Source: Bigelowiella natans CCMP2755
Taxonomy: Eukaryota > Protista > Cercozoa
Reading direction: 5' to 3'
Length of the DNA: 64,000 bases
Assembly: GCA_000320545.1 (NCBI GenBank)
Contig: ADNK01001329.1
Location: forward strand, 1-64,000
Positions 40,041 to 55,849 of the stretch are shown in pieces; within the stretch, counting starts at the first letter, position 1, and each line of letters opens with the position of its first letter. A program made the translations under genes and the position numbers. The notes under the pieces are model-generated. The model was not told where the DNA came from. It made no database searches and saw only the letters and a program-made list of their open reading frames with translations.

Positions 40041-40534
40041 GCGACTACAGGCGGGCTTGCTGTACTGATCGATGTGCGCAATCTGCACGATGCGACCAGC
40101 GCATGCCAATGTACCAACATTGCGCAGCGCTAGAGCGCACAGACGCGCATGTCGTGTTCATCCTGTGAGTGCATCGTGTGCCAAAAACTTGGCTGTTCAG
40201 TGTCAGAACATGAAAGTGTGCATCCACGAGATGCAGGCTCGCGGAGCCAGGGCGCGGAATGCCATGCTAGGACACAACGTGTGGTGAATCTTAGCTCTAG
40301 CTAGTTGTGCAACATGCAAGGGGTGTATCCATTTGTGATAAAAATCCTCTCACATGTAAATGAAACATGACGATATAAACTGTATGTCCATAAATTCAAT
40401 TTTTTAATGAGAATCCATTTAACTAACATCGGCCGCATATGTACAATTGTCTACGCAGAATGCTGTTTGTTGCACTCAAATAATTGAGTATCGCATCTCA
40501 TTCCTTAATTGCCCCCCATCTGATACACAATTAA

Positions 40535-41475
40535 TTATTGAGCCTTTGCTTTCTTTTCACTCATTTTACGAGAAAGAGAACGCCTTTTCTCCTTGTACGA
40601 CAGACGACGTTCGCGTTCCTCCTTGAGACGCTGAGCTACAAGAGCATTGTATTCCTTTGCTGCTGCTCTGGATTTTTCGTAACGTTGCCTCTTCTCAGCC
40701 TTCCACTTTAATTTACGCTGGATGCGATCAGGGGTGATAAGTCGCTGAATCTTTGGTGCCTTCGAGTAAGATTTTTTACCCTCCTTCTCGATAGCACGTC
40801 TAACAATCACGTCGCGTGGATCGTCGTTCTTGGTTAAGTTGAATAGTTTTCTGATGTTGTTTGCGCGCTTAGGCCCCAGGCGACGTGGCTTAGCCGACTT
40901 CTCATCCGTCAGACCTTCGACATCAGCCTCACCCTTCTTCACCACAGAAAGGTTAAGTACTGAAAGATCGTGGGAAACAATGCATCCGCGGACGGACTTG
41001 CGCTTGCGTTCTCCCTGCTTGCGTGGTCGGTAGCACTTTGAACCTGATAATTTTGATGCATTTTAAATTACAGATGGCTTCATGAAAGTTTAAAGATCTT
41101 TAGGTTTAGTTCATGCTATGAACCTTTCTTGAGTAGGAGCCGGGTACGGTTGCTGATGAGCACACCTTGCATCATAGGAAAGCCTTGCTTATCATTACCA
41201 CCCGTGATCTTGAAAACATATCCCTTGAACTCTTCGCCGAGGACATCTCCTTCAACCTCTTGCGAGATACGTTTATCCCAGAAAGCACGGCTGCAAGACA
41301 CCATTCTTCAATAATGTGTTCAAGTATTTTAGAGTTAATAATTAATTACAGCTTCTGCTCATCTTCGATCTCGATGGTCTTTTGGCACCCAGTACTGGGG
41401 CAGGCAATGTTGAGCTGATAATATTCATTTTCAGTATGGAATGGGAAAAGGGGGGGAGGGAGTGCTAACCTTCAT
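40535..41475 (-). CDS. RPS6: 40S ribosomal protein S6 (eS6), 4 exons
   Basis: [68 protein letters not shown]...[28 protein letters not shown]. Confidence 0.97.
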
Positions 41476-42378
41476 GCTGCGATTGCGCTGATCGGAGAAT
41501 TGCTACCAGAAGACGGTGTAATTCAGAAAAAATAATTAAGCGCATTGCACAAATATTCGTTTTAAGCCTTTAAGTAATTCATTTTCTAAATTTTTCACAA
41601 GAATTGTCATTTTTATATTACTTTTTTGGCATAAAGTAATACAAATGTGCCTTAAAGTCATCAAGAATATGATATAATTCTTAAACATAAATCTGAACTA
41701 ACATTTTAAGATAAAACTTCTCTACTTATGAGATCTAATATTCAACTTTTTGCCTCTCTAAAGATTCAAATTAATTTAATTCTTTGAATACGACTAATTT
41801 TATTTCATATTTTCCCCATTAAAGTCATTTATTTTTTCTATTTTATCACATATCATATCTGGAACAAGAAAGCCATTTCTCTAAGATGAGGAACGACATG
41901 CTTTTTAGTGTTGACGTTCTAGTAAAATATAGTATATTATGCATCCTTTAAGAGCCAAGATACATGCGTGCATGCATTTTCATCCTCAGAAAAATGATAT
42001 TTCGAAGTCATAAGGGACTTTGCGTTTTAAAACGACATTTAATGTGCCATATTTGCACGAAAACAAGGGAATGTGCTTCTCATTTGTGAACAATATTGAT
42101 GTATTTGGTCTTACATAGTCAACAGAGACAGATTTCCGGGCTTCAAATCTACTTTGCCCAGTTAGTACTGATAGCATCTTCATAAATTTTATACCACAAC
42201 AAAAAAATGCATACTTAACATAAAATAATAGTATATTTTCTCAGTTATTTCTATATTTTTGCATTTTTAAAGTCTTAACAAACGATCCGACTCATCGAAC
42301 TGCCAGCAGGTGGTGTCCTCATAATAGAATCAAGGGAAAGGATTAGAACCTACTCGGCCTATTCACCGACCTGCAAGT

Positions 42379-44061
<1,683 letters not shown>

Positions 44062-44534
44062 AGATGAAACGGCATTGTCGTTAGACATTGATAACACTAT
44101 GCGATATGAAGGCAAGATCATCATAATAAGCACTCTAGCACTCATGAAAATACATGCACTGTCGATCAGGATGCATGTCGACGCCATGAAGCCATCATGC
44201 TCTCATTTATTTCATGCCATGGCACCCATGCATGTCTAGATGTAATAGGCAGATTACGTTTGTGTAGACGTATCGCCTCTACATTGCAATGTGCTAGGCA
44301 AACACGCGTACTAGAGCCCTACTAGCCTAGATTACCTAATCATTACGGTGGAGTAGCACAATGACTGCTAGCATGCCCTCAACTCGCATCGATCTTCCTC
44401 CATTTCTAGTTCTCTTAGCTCCCCTTCGCGTGGCTAAATAAACGTTATTGATTTTATTCCATGCTCATTTGCTAGGATGCTAGGATAGTGTGAGCAATCT
44501 AGCAATGTCAAACTCATTTGGGCGTACGCACTGC

Positions 44535-44750
44535 TACTAGGCTCGCAGGTCACTAGTGCAATCTAGCTAGCAGTGCACACGCATGCGGTGCACACTTGTG
44601 CGCAAACTGCTCATGCGTGCGCACCGTGCATGTGTCCAGTCATTGCACAGTTGTGCATGGTTGGCCTGGAGCCGTGGCATGGCATGCTAGCATGGCATGC
44701 AAAGACCATCCAATGCGATGCTGACATGTCAGATGTCACTGTGCACGTAG
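44535..44750. other. Small TpA-depleted island between the convergent ARP3 and PSF2 3' ends
   Basis: The remaining TA are almost all CTAG/GTAG; dense TGCA/CATG/CACA. Confidence 0.7.
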
Positions 44751-44812
44751 TGATTTTATTTCATTCCTGAATAGTAAGTTTATGTTTTTAATTGCATTTA
44801 TGGCATGCGCGC

Positions 44813-45744
44813 CTAATCGTCATATTGAGAAGAGGCTTGAGTTTGTGATTGAGATTGTGACGCCTCATAAGTTGCCATTTGTTGAGATGGTTCGTAATTA
44901 GTCGCTTGAGAAATGGACTTAAACGCGCTGAGAGTTTTAACTGAAAATCCTCTCATGCTGTATAATTCCATAGCGGCGACGTTGTTGAGCTATGAGCATA
45001 AATATCAGTCAATGAACGATGAGGAATTTATATTGACATTTTACTCTGTGAGTCATTTTCATTTTTACTTTTATGAAGTCGATTTTCCCTTTGATAGTTC
45101 GCAAGCCTTGCTTTATTTTCGAAGAACGCAAATCGGAAATATTTTTCAAAGTTGTCTTGACTTTTCGTGAGTCCTTCATATCAGACTGTGCTCTGCAATT
45201 AATTATTTCGAATTTGAACAATGCATGAAATGTATACAAGATGATAATGCGAATATCCATCATACGTTTTCAATAGCAAGGAAGCAATCTCCTCGTAGTG
45301 GTAAGGCAGTTCTGTGAAGTTTTCCTCTTGCTCGCGTTCTTCATTTTCCTTCGCTTGAAGATTGTCTGAAAGAAAGAAACTCTTCATCTACGAGATTTTT
45401 TTAGAAGCAATAAAATCCTACCCAAATCCATCCACTCTGGAGGCATGATTCCACATTTTCCCTCTTTTCTGAGCTGGAGCGCTAGCCATAGCGGTACCAT
45501 TACAGGTTGCTGTGGTTGAAAGGGTCCTATTTTACCCTGATAAATATCCGAGGAATGTCAACGTTAAGTCGAGCTGAGAGTCAACAGCGAATCTCCATCT
45601 CCCTCCCCGCCTGGCGAAAACCTCCCTCTCTGCATTAGTTACCGCGATCAAACTTATTTCCGGCATCCTGAAGTTCGGTAGAATGGTAATGAGAGTGTCC
45701 TTTGCGACAAATTCGAGCTCTCGAACTGTTAGCCCCTGGCTCAT
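44813..45744 (-). CDS. PSF2: GINS complex subunit Psf2 (GINS2)
   Basis: MSQGLTVRELEFVAKDTLITILPNFRMPEISLIA/GKIGPFQPQQPVMVPLWLALQLRKEGKCGIMPPEWMD; FTELPYHYEEIASLLL; LKNISDLRSSKIKQGL. Confidence 0.93.
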
Positions 45745-45820
45745 CTTTTGGGAGGCGGTTTCCGTTCTCTCCCCTCCTCCTACTTCTTGGGTAAAAAAAA
45801 GGCGGGAAGCTGTGCAGGAA

Positions 45821-47462
45821 ATGACGCCACGGTCGTTCATAGTATTATCATGATCATTTTTTATGTCGTCCTTCTGATTTTTCCTCCAATTTCATTTATT
45901 TACTTCATTTTGCATCTAGGATAAACTCTACCCGGAAACTACCTAAGCACGAATCAGATATTCCCACCTCCGGCGGTACCCCTTCCCTCCTCCTCTCCCA
46001 TCCTCCACAAGCTTGGTGCGTTCGTTGGCGATATCAACGTGCGCATAAGTTCTATAGCTAGCTGTTGTGCGGATACAAGGTACGGTGACGGTGACGAGGA
46101 CGCGAACGACTCGCTGACGAGGAACTAGCTGACGAGGACGATAACGAGCGGGCGACGCTCAGCTTCGTACATTCATCAGTGGTCGAGCCTCAGCCCGGAC
46201 TGGTATCACTAGAGTTCAGCACAACCTTTTACGATGCGTGATATCTTTGCATGCCTATATTGCTTCGGACAGGCGACGTTCGTTCATCTACGGATAGTCA
46301 ATCACCCGCTGGAAAAGAAATTAGGGCTGTTCAAGACAAGGCGTCAATCAATACCCGTGTGCCCAGCCAGCTCGGAATCGCTGCTGTTAACTTATTGAGA
46401 ATACGTACAATGAATAGACCTTTGATCACGCGCAGAGATAGCCTTCTCGGCGACCTCTCTGCAGGACACACCGGATACGAGTAATCCCTTCTCATTGTAG
46501 GGCAGCATATGTTATGTCAAGACAATTATTCGAAGCATAGGAGTCCTTGATTTTCTATTAATATTGAGGTTGGTGCTGATGCCACTACTAACTTGAACTT
46601 TCACAGGTACTTATCTGAGGAGAGGAGCATACCCAAAGAAGCTGAAGATGCGAAGAAAATCCTACAAGATCTGGTCACCCTATTTTTCTTCCAAGTCGTA
46701 TTGTTAGCGTCTCCCGTGCTGTCGATTAACACCTTAATTCTTATCGAATGGTAGATCTTGCAAGAAATAAAGATCTGCAACCGGCTAACGGTAGAACACA
46801 TTACCAAGCAATACAACAAAACATCTAATTTGCCACTGGTTAATGTGGTAGGAGTATCTTGAATTTTGGCAGACGCAGGTATTATCTATTATATCCAACA
46901 CCCCTTGTTCCAAAGAATAGAGATGGAAGGGGAGGGGGGGAGCAACAGCCGATGTGCCATCGCTCGATAAACTTCACAAAATTCAAAATTCAGATGCGGC
47001 GCAGTCCATGGTTAGTAAGGCTTGAGTTCATGTCGCCATGGAACCCTGATGGAGTCGAACCGGAAGAATTAAAACAAAAGTAATTCTATACTGTGTGTAT
47101 GTGTTTTTTTTAATTACAACCAATTCTGAATCATCAAATCCTCCCACTCTTTGCAGTGCCCGGACTTGCGCAACATCGTTGATGTCTCGGCTTACGAGGC
47201 TTGGGGGAGATCTTCACGAGCACAATCTAATGGCTGGGTAGTAGTAGTAGTAGTAGTGGTGGTGGTGGTGGTGGTAATCGTAGTAGCTGAAGTAGTAGTA
47301 GCAGTGTGAAGAAAAAAGGAAATACGACTTTGTAAATTTTGGTGCATAATAATGTATCAATGTGACGGTGTATAATAATGCATCAATGTGATGTTGTTCA
47401 GACGCATCGATTCTAAGGCGGCGGGGGTATGGAGTCGACGCGCATGGACCTTAATTCATAGG

Positions 47463-47493
<31 letters not shown>

Positions 47494-47621
47494 AACTATT
47501 GTGCATGGACAGCAGCAGATATCGTTGTTTGGGTTATCTATCTATCTATCTATCTTCTTATCACCGATTAATAACAGAAATTGAGTCATGGAGGGTAGAA
47601 TGGAAGATGCGACAGGGAGAG

Positions 47622-47673
<52 letters not shown>

Positions 47674-48363
47674 TCCGATTTGCAATGTTTTGATTTGTTG
47701 CTGTTGAAAGTGTCTGGATAGCCCCATTCGCACCAGCCCGAAAAAAATGGATAGCCCTGCCGCAATTCAAAAACGTAAAACTAAAGCATGAGAAAGGGGA
47801 GGAGGAGGAGGAGGAGGGGAGGGGAATACTTCCAAGCTTCGTTTTTTGTTAGCGCAGAACAAATAGAGGATGCACGTTAACAGCCAGCTCTGCTGACTTT
47901 CAAGCACACTAAATATGATTACTACTACTACTACTACTACTTCTTGCTGTTGCTACACGATTAGGGTTAACCGTTCGAGGTGTAGAAGCTCAGCTAACAG
48001 AAAGGTGGCCTCTCTGCTGTCCTCCTCCTCCCCCTCTCCTTCCTTCTCCTACTCCTCTTCCTCTTATTTCGCAGCATCTCATCAGTGGAGGGCTTCATGT
48101 TTGTCGTTTATATTGTATTTCTTCATCATCACAAGCCGTGTTACAGCACGACTCATTGCTATTATTCGGCGTCCTTTTTCATTCTCCTAACCTTCTAAAA
48201 CATCAGGATAGAGGAGATGCACATGCAGATTGGTAGTAGTAGTAGTGGTAGTGGTAGCAGTAGTAGCAGCAGCGGAAGTAATCACATGTATGATTTCGTT
48301 TTAATATGTGTGCTCATAGAGGAGTGCAGATGTACGTAATCGATAGTTCCAGATGTAAACGTT

Positions 48364-48394
<31 letters not shown>

Positions 48395-48722
48395 TTTATA
48401 CTTTCGTTCATTATAATTTGACGTTGTTAATTGGGTACTTGTTGTCGAATTCATCATAAAATGCTTATTATCAGGGCATGCTGTGCCGCCATTTTGGTGG
48501 AGATGGGGCATACGAAAGTAGTGGCAGTAGTAGTAGCAGCAGCAGCAGCAGCAGCAAAGTGCTCATCACCGTTACCTATGCGATTATCATAGTTACTATT
48601 ATTATTATCATCATCATTATCATCATCATCATTACACAATTAGAGAATATATATGGAGAGAGAGGTAGAGAGAAGGGAGGTGATAAGATCCTAGATTAAG
48701 TAGAAGTAAATGTCTCTCTCCC

Positions 48723-48793
<71 letters not shown>

Positions 48794-49186
48794 TGTGTTT
48801 GTGTTGGCTACTTACTTGTGATTAAGATAGAATGAACTCACCTCAGCATCAACGCAAATTAGGTGGATGCTATTCCCATATAATACGATCTCTGTTCCAC
48901 TAGTACTCGGCACTGGGGTTAGTAGTTTCACGTATAAATTAAGATGTGATGATGAAGGCTGTGATGATGATGATAATGATGATGATGATGATGGAGGCTG
49001 TGGGTGATGTGACAGATATCTAACCTTCCATGTAGATTGTTCTGAGTTCATCGTCGCCCCCCTTGGCCAATCATCATATTTGTTGGAAGAAACATCACTG
49101 CGAGACTACTAACACCTATTTTTCAAACATATTTCAGTAACCATCATTCCTTCCCCTTCGATTGTGTATATCTGATAATTCGTTGT

Positions 49187-49232
<46 letters not shown>

Positions 49233-50824
49233 TACTACTCGCAGGTCTACGTAGTGACGAATTATGCTGGAATAATCCAAGGCTGCACGACATTCCTGCA
49301 AAGTAAAAAGGATGCATACTACTGTGCGTGTGCGTGTGCGTGTGAGTGTGCGTGTGAGTGTGAGTGGGGGGGGGAGGGGTGAAGAGTATTTCGTGTATCT
49401 AAACGCCACATGCAGTGTGGTGTGTGGGTTGTGTGCGCAGCCTGGTGGCATGTCAGTACCAAGTTGCTGCTGTACTTCATCCAATGTTTTAATGATATGC
49501 AGAGTGGTAATGATTATTATGATTATTGTTATTACTTTATCCATGCAGGTTTACGGGATTTCTTTCGCACGCATATCTATGAACCTTGCGAGGTGTTCCT
49601 GGCAGCTTGCACCCCACCCAACCCCCTCCCTTATGATAGTAGCCCGACTCTTTTCATCATCCATCTCCAATGCATACTAGTACATGTCGTGACCTATAGC
49701 GAGTAGCGAAGTAGATTTAACATTTTGAAGTAGTAGAAAGAAGAAGAAGACTTTTTTTTTAACTTTCTCACTGTTCTCAGGCTATTTGTGGCGAGATATT
49801 CTTCCGACATAACGAGTAGTCTTCACTACAAACGCAATCGCACATTTCCATGCCCAAGCGTTCAGTGCATGGAATGCTACATTTTCCCATAGATGCGTAA
49901 ATAATTTGTTTCTATTCTGGTTGATGCTGCTGCTGCTTTGTCGTTTCTCGTTGTTCAAGAAACATCGATATTCAAACGTGCTACTGTTGTGGGAAATTGG
50001 CGACGATGATTAATTCTAATACAGCCTCTTCATCACAACAACTTCGTTCTCTGATTATTCTGTTCTCGAATCCGCATTATTATTATTCTCGCAATAGACA
50101 AGTCATGGACAGGGAAGCTTTGAAGATGGTTGGTGATGCTATTGCAGTGTTACAGATCGTCGTGCATGTTAATAATACGCAAGTGGGAGATACTACTACA
50201 GCACAAACACGCAGTGGTAGGTCGTTACTTACATAAATTACTGGTGTGTGTGTTCAGTCAAGGGAGAGCCTTCAGAAGATGCTCAAATCGTACTTTGATG
50301 AGAAGTAAGTGTTAATATGGTGGCAGAAGAAGAAGAATCATCATAGTAATAATAATAAGAAGAAGAAGAAAAAGAAGAGAGGCTGGCCAGTGCCACTTCC
50401 AAGTAGGGGACACACACGCTTTGTTCTCCATAGATCATGTACAAAAATGGTGGTAGAGGGGAGGAGATTGTTATTCCCTGCTGCTGGTGGTGGTGGTGGT
50501 GTGTCATGAGTGAGTGTGTTTGTTAGTGGTGTATACTTTCTATACTTTGTAGAGTGTGTTTCTCCTCTTGTTAGAAGATATATCATCCATCATCCCCCAG
50601 GTTTTTCATCATCGAGTTGATTGTGTTTTTTTCCTTCTTCTTGTTAACATCGCTAGATTTCCCAGCCTTCCTGAAGATGAGCGCGTCAATATGGCTAAGA
50701 ACATGGACATGAAAGCTGTTAGCGAAGAGTCAGTCGTGTGAAAGAAGTTGTAGTAGTAGTAGTAGAAGCAGTAAGAATAATAATAACATTGGTTCGTTTA
50801 TTGTGGCATAATCCTCACCGTATT

Positions 50825-50860
<36 letters not shown>

Positions 50861-51035
50861 GGTTCTCTATCTGCCGCTACCACCTGATGATAATGCTAGT
50901 GCTACTGCTGCAGATGAAAAAAGTCACAATCTTGTGCATGTTAGTACCAAAACAGCGTTTGTATCATCTACAGAGATGGCCGCTTTCTTGACTTTGGTTC
51001 CGTTGTCGCAATTCTCACAGTCCCTGTCTCCACCA

Positions 51036-51077
<42 letters not shown>

Positions 51078-51546
51078 CCTCCCCACCTATACCTTGGTTA
51101 TTTATAGATACGCTCAGCTTGTTAACTACGCAGTGACGAATACGATCAGGGTTACCAAACACCTGTAGTAGTATTATTAGTAGTAGTAGTAGTAGTAGTA
51201 GTGATAGTAGTAGTCGTAGTAGTAGTAGTGTACGTCAAAAGTGTTTGTTTGTGTACTGTGTGAAGCAGTTGTGCTTTGATGTTGAGTTGCTTCACAGTTA
51301 TCTCCGTTGTTTTCTTTCATATCTTCTTCTTCTTCTTCTTCTTCTTCTTCCACCACTCACTCTCACCTGTAGGAGGTCCATGCTACTTTAGTTGCGTGTT
51401 GCTTTAGAACAGCCGGTCATCGGATATGAACTCTTACCTATTTGTTTGGCACAGGGGGATATTCCACGATTAGCGCTAATTCGTATGCAGTTCGTTGAGA
51501 AAGAGATGCTGGGACTGATGGACTCGGTAAAAACAACGATGAAAAC

Positions 51547-51581
<35 letters not shown>

Positions 51582-51734
51582 CGCATCTACGAAGGAGTGC
51601 GTCGTGAGGTGATGATAACTACTGCACGTCTCAGTATGATACGGTTGATTATTAGGTGGATCTCCTGTTAGATAAGAACGAAGTTAACATGCAATTCACG
51701 GCTACAGTGCCGGTTAGTGAGTAGCAGTAGTGGT

Positions 51735-51767
<33 letters not shown>

Positions 51768-51790
51768 TCTTCCCCCCTTCCCCCCCCCCC

Positions 51791-51834
<44 letters not shown>

Positions 51835-53170
51835 GTCTCTGTCTCTCTGCGTGTGTGTGTGTGTGTGTGTTTTGTAATCATTTTTTTGTAATCATTTAGG
51901 CAGTTGTACTTCTCTACTTTTGTTATCGGTTCTTGACGGTGATATTAAATCGCGTCACCGGGAAGAAGGTAGTAAACCATGTTGTGAGGGCGCTGCTATT
52001 CTCGTTATTACTCCTAACCCCCAATGCACAACGCTAAACAACTGCTATTCCGCTACTACCACCAGTCTCTACACGCGCTCTCACTCCATATGAGGAAGGA
52101 GATGCTCCGGCTCGACAGGTGGTAGCTTAAACTAGTAGTAGCGTTGTTGTTGTCACTGTGGGGGGGGCGCAGCAAGCAATATCGTATCTTCTCACATTGA
52201 GGCGACTGTGTATACAGCAATGCTGGAGAGATTGATGATGCAACCAATCACGCGATGATGATCATAATGATGATGATGATGAAAGGGTGGCTGAAAGAAT
52301 GGCATTATGATATATCCACATAACCCACCAGTAGTCTATTTTACACGCTATGGTGATGCCCTTTCTTCTCTCTCCTCCTCCTCACTTGATATGAACTACA
52401 TTCTCCACCGTATCATCAGATTGCTCAATTTGAAGGATGCGGATACAAAGACTAAGCTATCTGCATTAGGTTGTTCATATTCTTTATCGTAATCACAAAT
52501 AAGCAGAAAATTCACGCATGTGCTCAAATCGTCGTCGCCATCCATATCATGCTATGCAAGAGGGGGGGGGGGGGGCAGAAAACTTTTGTTGTCGAATATA
52601 ATTGATATGTTGACAGATATGGGAAAAGCCATCATCATAATCCACCGCCTTCGGTAGTGATAACTGGATATTTAGATATTGAATCCGATTTGCAGATTGA
52701 CAGTTTCCTAGCCACCATTGCCTTTTTCATCAAATAACGATTTAAGAGATCATCGTGCAAAGTTGTTACTATTGTTTTTCCTCTTCTTTAAAGGGAACAG
52801 TTGTCGATGAGAGAATCAAGGCTAGATGCACACGAAGTGGAAGCTATGCGAACTGACCTTAAAGTAGGCACTTGGATGCGAATGCCCCTCGTCTTCTTTC
52901 TTCCCTCATGATTTTAATAGCTCTGGCCTATATGGAATGAAGAGAAATGCATCATTGTTCGGAGAGTTATCAAAAAGTTGCAACGTCTGGATGCTAAAGA
53001 GCTACATGCATTTGGAGAGCAAGTGTCCCATTTTCTCTACTTGATTAAATATATCCTCATGTTTACATATTCATTAGGAAATCCTTGGAGCATTTGGTCC
53101 TGTTACTGTACGGCAACAGCTGGCAATTATAAGAAGGATGCAGTTGTCATACCGAACAGTGCAATCATGA
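45821..53170 (+). CDS. NCA2/DGS1-like mitochondrial membrane protein, many exons; 5' part tentative
   Basis: QGDIPRLALIRMQFVEKEMLGLMDS/VDLLLDKNEVNMQFTATVP/AVVLLYFCYRFL resembles the NCA2 core (G.L.R..LIQ.Q..K......D.LL..NE.N). C-terminus TDLK/EILGAFGPVTVRQQLAIIRRMQLSYRTVQS*. Confidence 0.7.
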
Positions 53171-54652
53171 CAAAGCAAACTCGAGTATTGATGCATCGGA
53201 AAATGCGGCTTACCTAGTGTTGGCAGATTAGCAAAGCAACTCTGTAGTTTTTCTTGGAGCAATAATAGGCACAGTAATATCATATATATATGGTATATAT
53301 TATATTACATGTCTATCATAGCAGAAACGAATTGCAAATTAAATTTCAGGGTAGCTGTTGGTTTTATAATGCCATTGCTTGTTGTGGGATAGATTTATCC
53401 TGCTAGTAACTTGCATTCTAGTAACATGTGGTGAGAATAATGATAATGCGAGTATCACACTCTATAAGCGCAGTTCCTGTATGTGGCATGAACATTGCAT
53501 TCCTACGATGCCAGTAAGCACAGCAGCACTTTGCGTGGTCCGCAAGCATGCGTAGAAGGTGGCAGCCATTGTCATGCGCAATCGATACACATATCTAGAT
53601 ATGTGTTACTCCCTATATCCTATCTAGCAGTATGCCGCCATGATCGAGGCTTCATTTTTTTGTGCAAGCTAAACGCTACTGCAAATAAGTTTTGCATGTG
53701 TGCAAATAAGTTTTGCGTGTGTGCATCAAGCCGCGCTAGCATAGCGCGCATAACTAGACAAGACGGGTGTACAATGAATAATGTGTAATTTTTTGCATTT
53801 CACATGAGATTGTCATCCTGACATGTATCGTAGCCCGCCATGCGCGCTGGCGCGGCTAGCTATGCGAACACAGTGCGCTGCGTTGCATGTGCACTTGTTT
53901 GTTTTTGCCATTGTCTTTGTCCTTCGATCATGCATGAGATATCTGCAATGTTTCGCACATGCCGTGCTGTTACACGCGCGCGTTACGTTAGCGCATCTCT
54001 GAGGCACGTGCATGGCGGGCGCGGCGCTTGCTAGCTTGTGCCGATGGCGGTGACATGCAGCGAAATCTTTGCAAGGCAATGCTGCACATGCATACTGCCA
54101 GAGCTAGCAGAATGATGTGTTGCGCACATCTAGACATGCTCTAGTTCTGTCAGCACGCTAGCTAAATGATGCTGTGAGCAGCAGGTGGGCGCCTTGTAGT
54201 GCGCCTAGATGCATACAGCTTCGCCTCGCACAATTATCACTTGCAATGTCCCCGACATAACAACGGCATATGTGCATGCACCGCAGATGGGGGTGTCATC
54301 CATCTGTCGATCGGCTGCAAGATTTACGTCTTGCTTGCTAGTTTACCACATCTAGATATGCATTATCATGTTTTAGTTAGTCCCCAAACAAGGTATGCTA
54401 AACCTACTTTAGTTACAATCTTACCGATCCAAACATCAAATAAAAGTCGGTCGCATTTGAGGCATGCACACACTCATGCTATTGATCCTCGATGGATTCT
54501 TGCCAATTTCAACAACGCCGTCCTGAACATTGTAGATGTATAAAAGGTTATCCCCGATGATGAAATTGACTATGACAACGACGACGACGGCTCAGAAATT
54601 TCAGATTAAGAAGTAGCTTTCAAAGGAAGATTGATGCTGTGCAACAGCGTAT

Positions 54653-55817
54653 TTATCTCACACAGACCGACTGGATTTCTTTCACAACTGAAAAAAACAG
54701 TCCCAAATCGTTCATTATTATGTTATTTGCAGTCCACCTCTTCGATGAGTCGCTAATACTCGATTTCCTGATGACACCACACATGTATTTATATAAATTA
54801 AAAAATATATGTACATCAACATTTAATGAACGCGCATGTGCTGCGTGCTTCTTTTATTAGTAGAAAACTAGTTGTGTACCTGGGAACGAACTCATCGAAA
54901 GCTCCGACAGACCGAGGTTTTGCAACATTTTTGGGTTCTGTTTGTTCCGATTGTTTCGCGACCTTTTCCAGATTATCACCCCTACGTGCCATCCAACGCA
55001 CAATTCGTACCAATATCTCAATCAAAACCACATAGTAGTCATCCAAAACGGATTATCATAGTAAAAACTTGTTGATCCATACGTCGATTCTTGGAACATT
55101 TCTCCGAGAACCAAGTCCTGAAAAGAGAGCGAGGAAAGCAGAAATAAATCACACGTGAGCAGAGACCACGTGAGGAGGTCAATTCTTCTTGTTGTACTCA
55201 CCATACTGTGATGAAGATGCAGTTCCACATCATACCCCTCAAGCTTGCATGCATCCTTACTGATGGATTCCACCTATTGAGTAATATCAGACAAAATGTT
55301 ATGGCTCTCTTTTTACCTACAGGGACCACCAGGCCCTGTCTTTTCCTCTTCCCCCACCAACAATGACGTGCCGTCGCCAACCATGATTACTGCTGCTACT
55401 ACCTGCTTGATCAGCTGCTTGTACTCCTCCTAACGAATGGTTCAGGATATGATAGTAGTAGTCATATATTCAGTCGAAACAACCCAAGCTGCTCTCTATC
55501 AAGGTGAAGGAGGGAACAATCGCACGTGCTCACCTCCCTATCAGGAAACGCCCGCACAAACATCACGGTGTCAAGGATGAAAGCTGTAATCACGTTCAAA
55601 GCTACAAGAACGCCTGTGTGTAGAGAGATAGAAGAAGAAGAAGAAGAAGAAGAAGAAGAAGAAGAATAGGCCGTAGAGAGATGCATTCGTAATTGTGGAC
55701 CGAGCTGTCGGTGAATCGATATATCGTTGACGCGCTCGTTACAGTTAGAGACGTATGAAAAGGAACAACCACGATAACCGTAGTTTACAGCGATTGATTC
55801 GTAAGTAGCGAAGGAGG

Positions 55818-55849
<32 letters not shown>

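Noticed and set aside
41540-42280. Very AT-rich stretch as a possible organellar insertion
   Set aside because: No organellar gene remnants; it fits the divergent RPS6/ARP3 promoter spacer.
47215-49900. Possible GC-AG introns in the NCA2-like gene
   Set aside because: Exon boundaries in this poorly conserved part cannot be fixed without transcripts.
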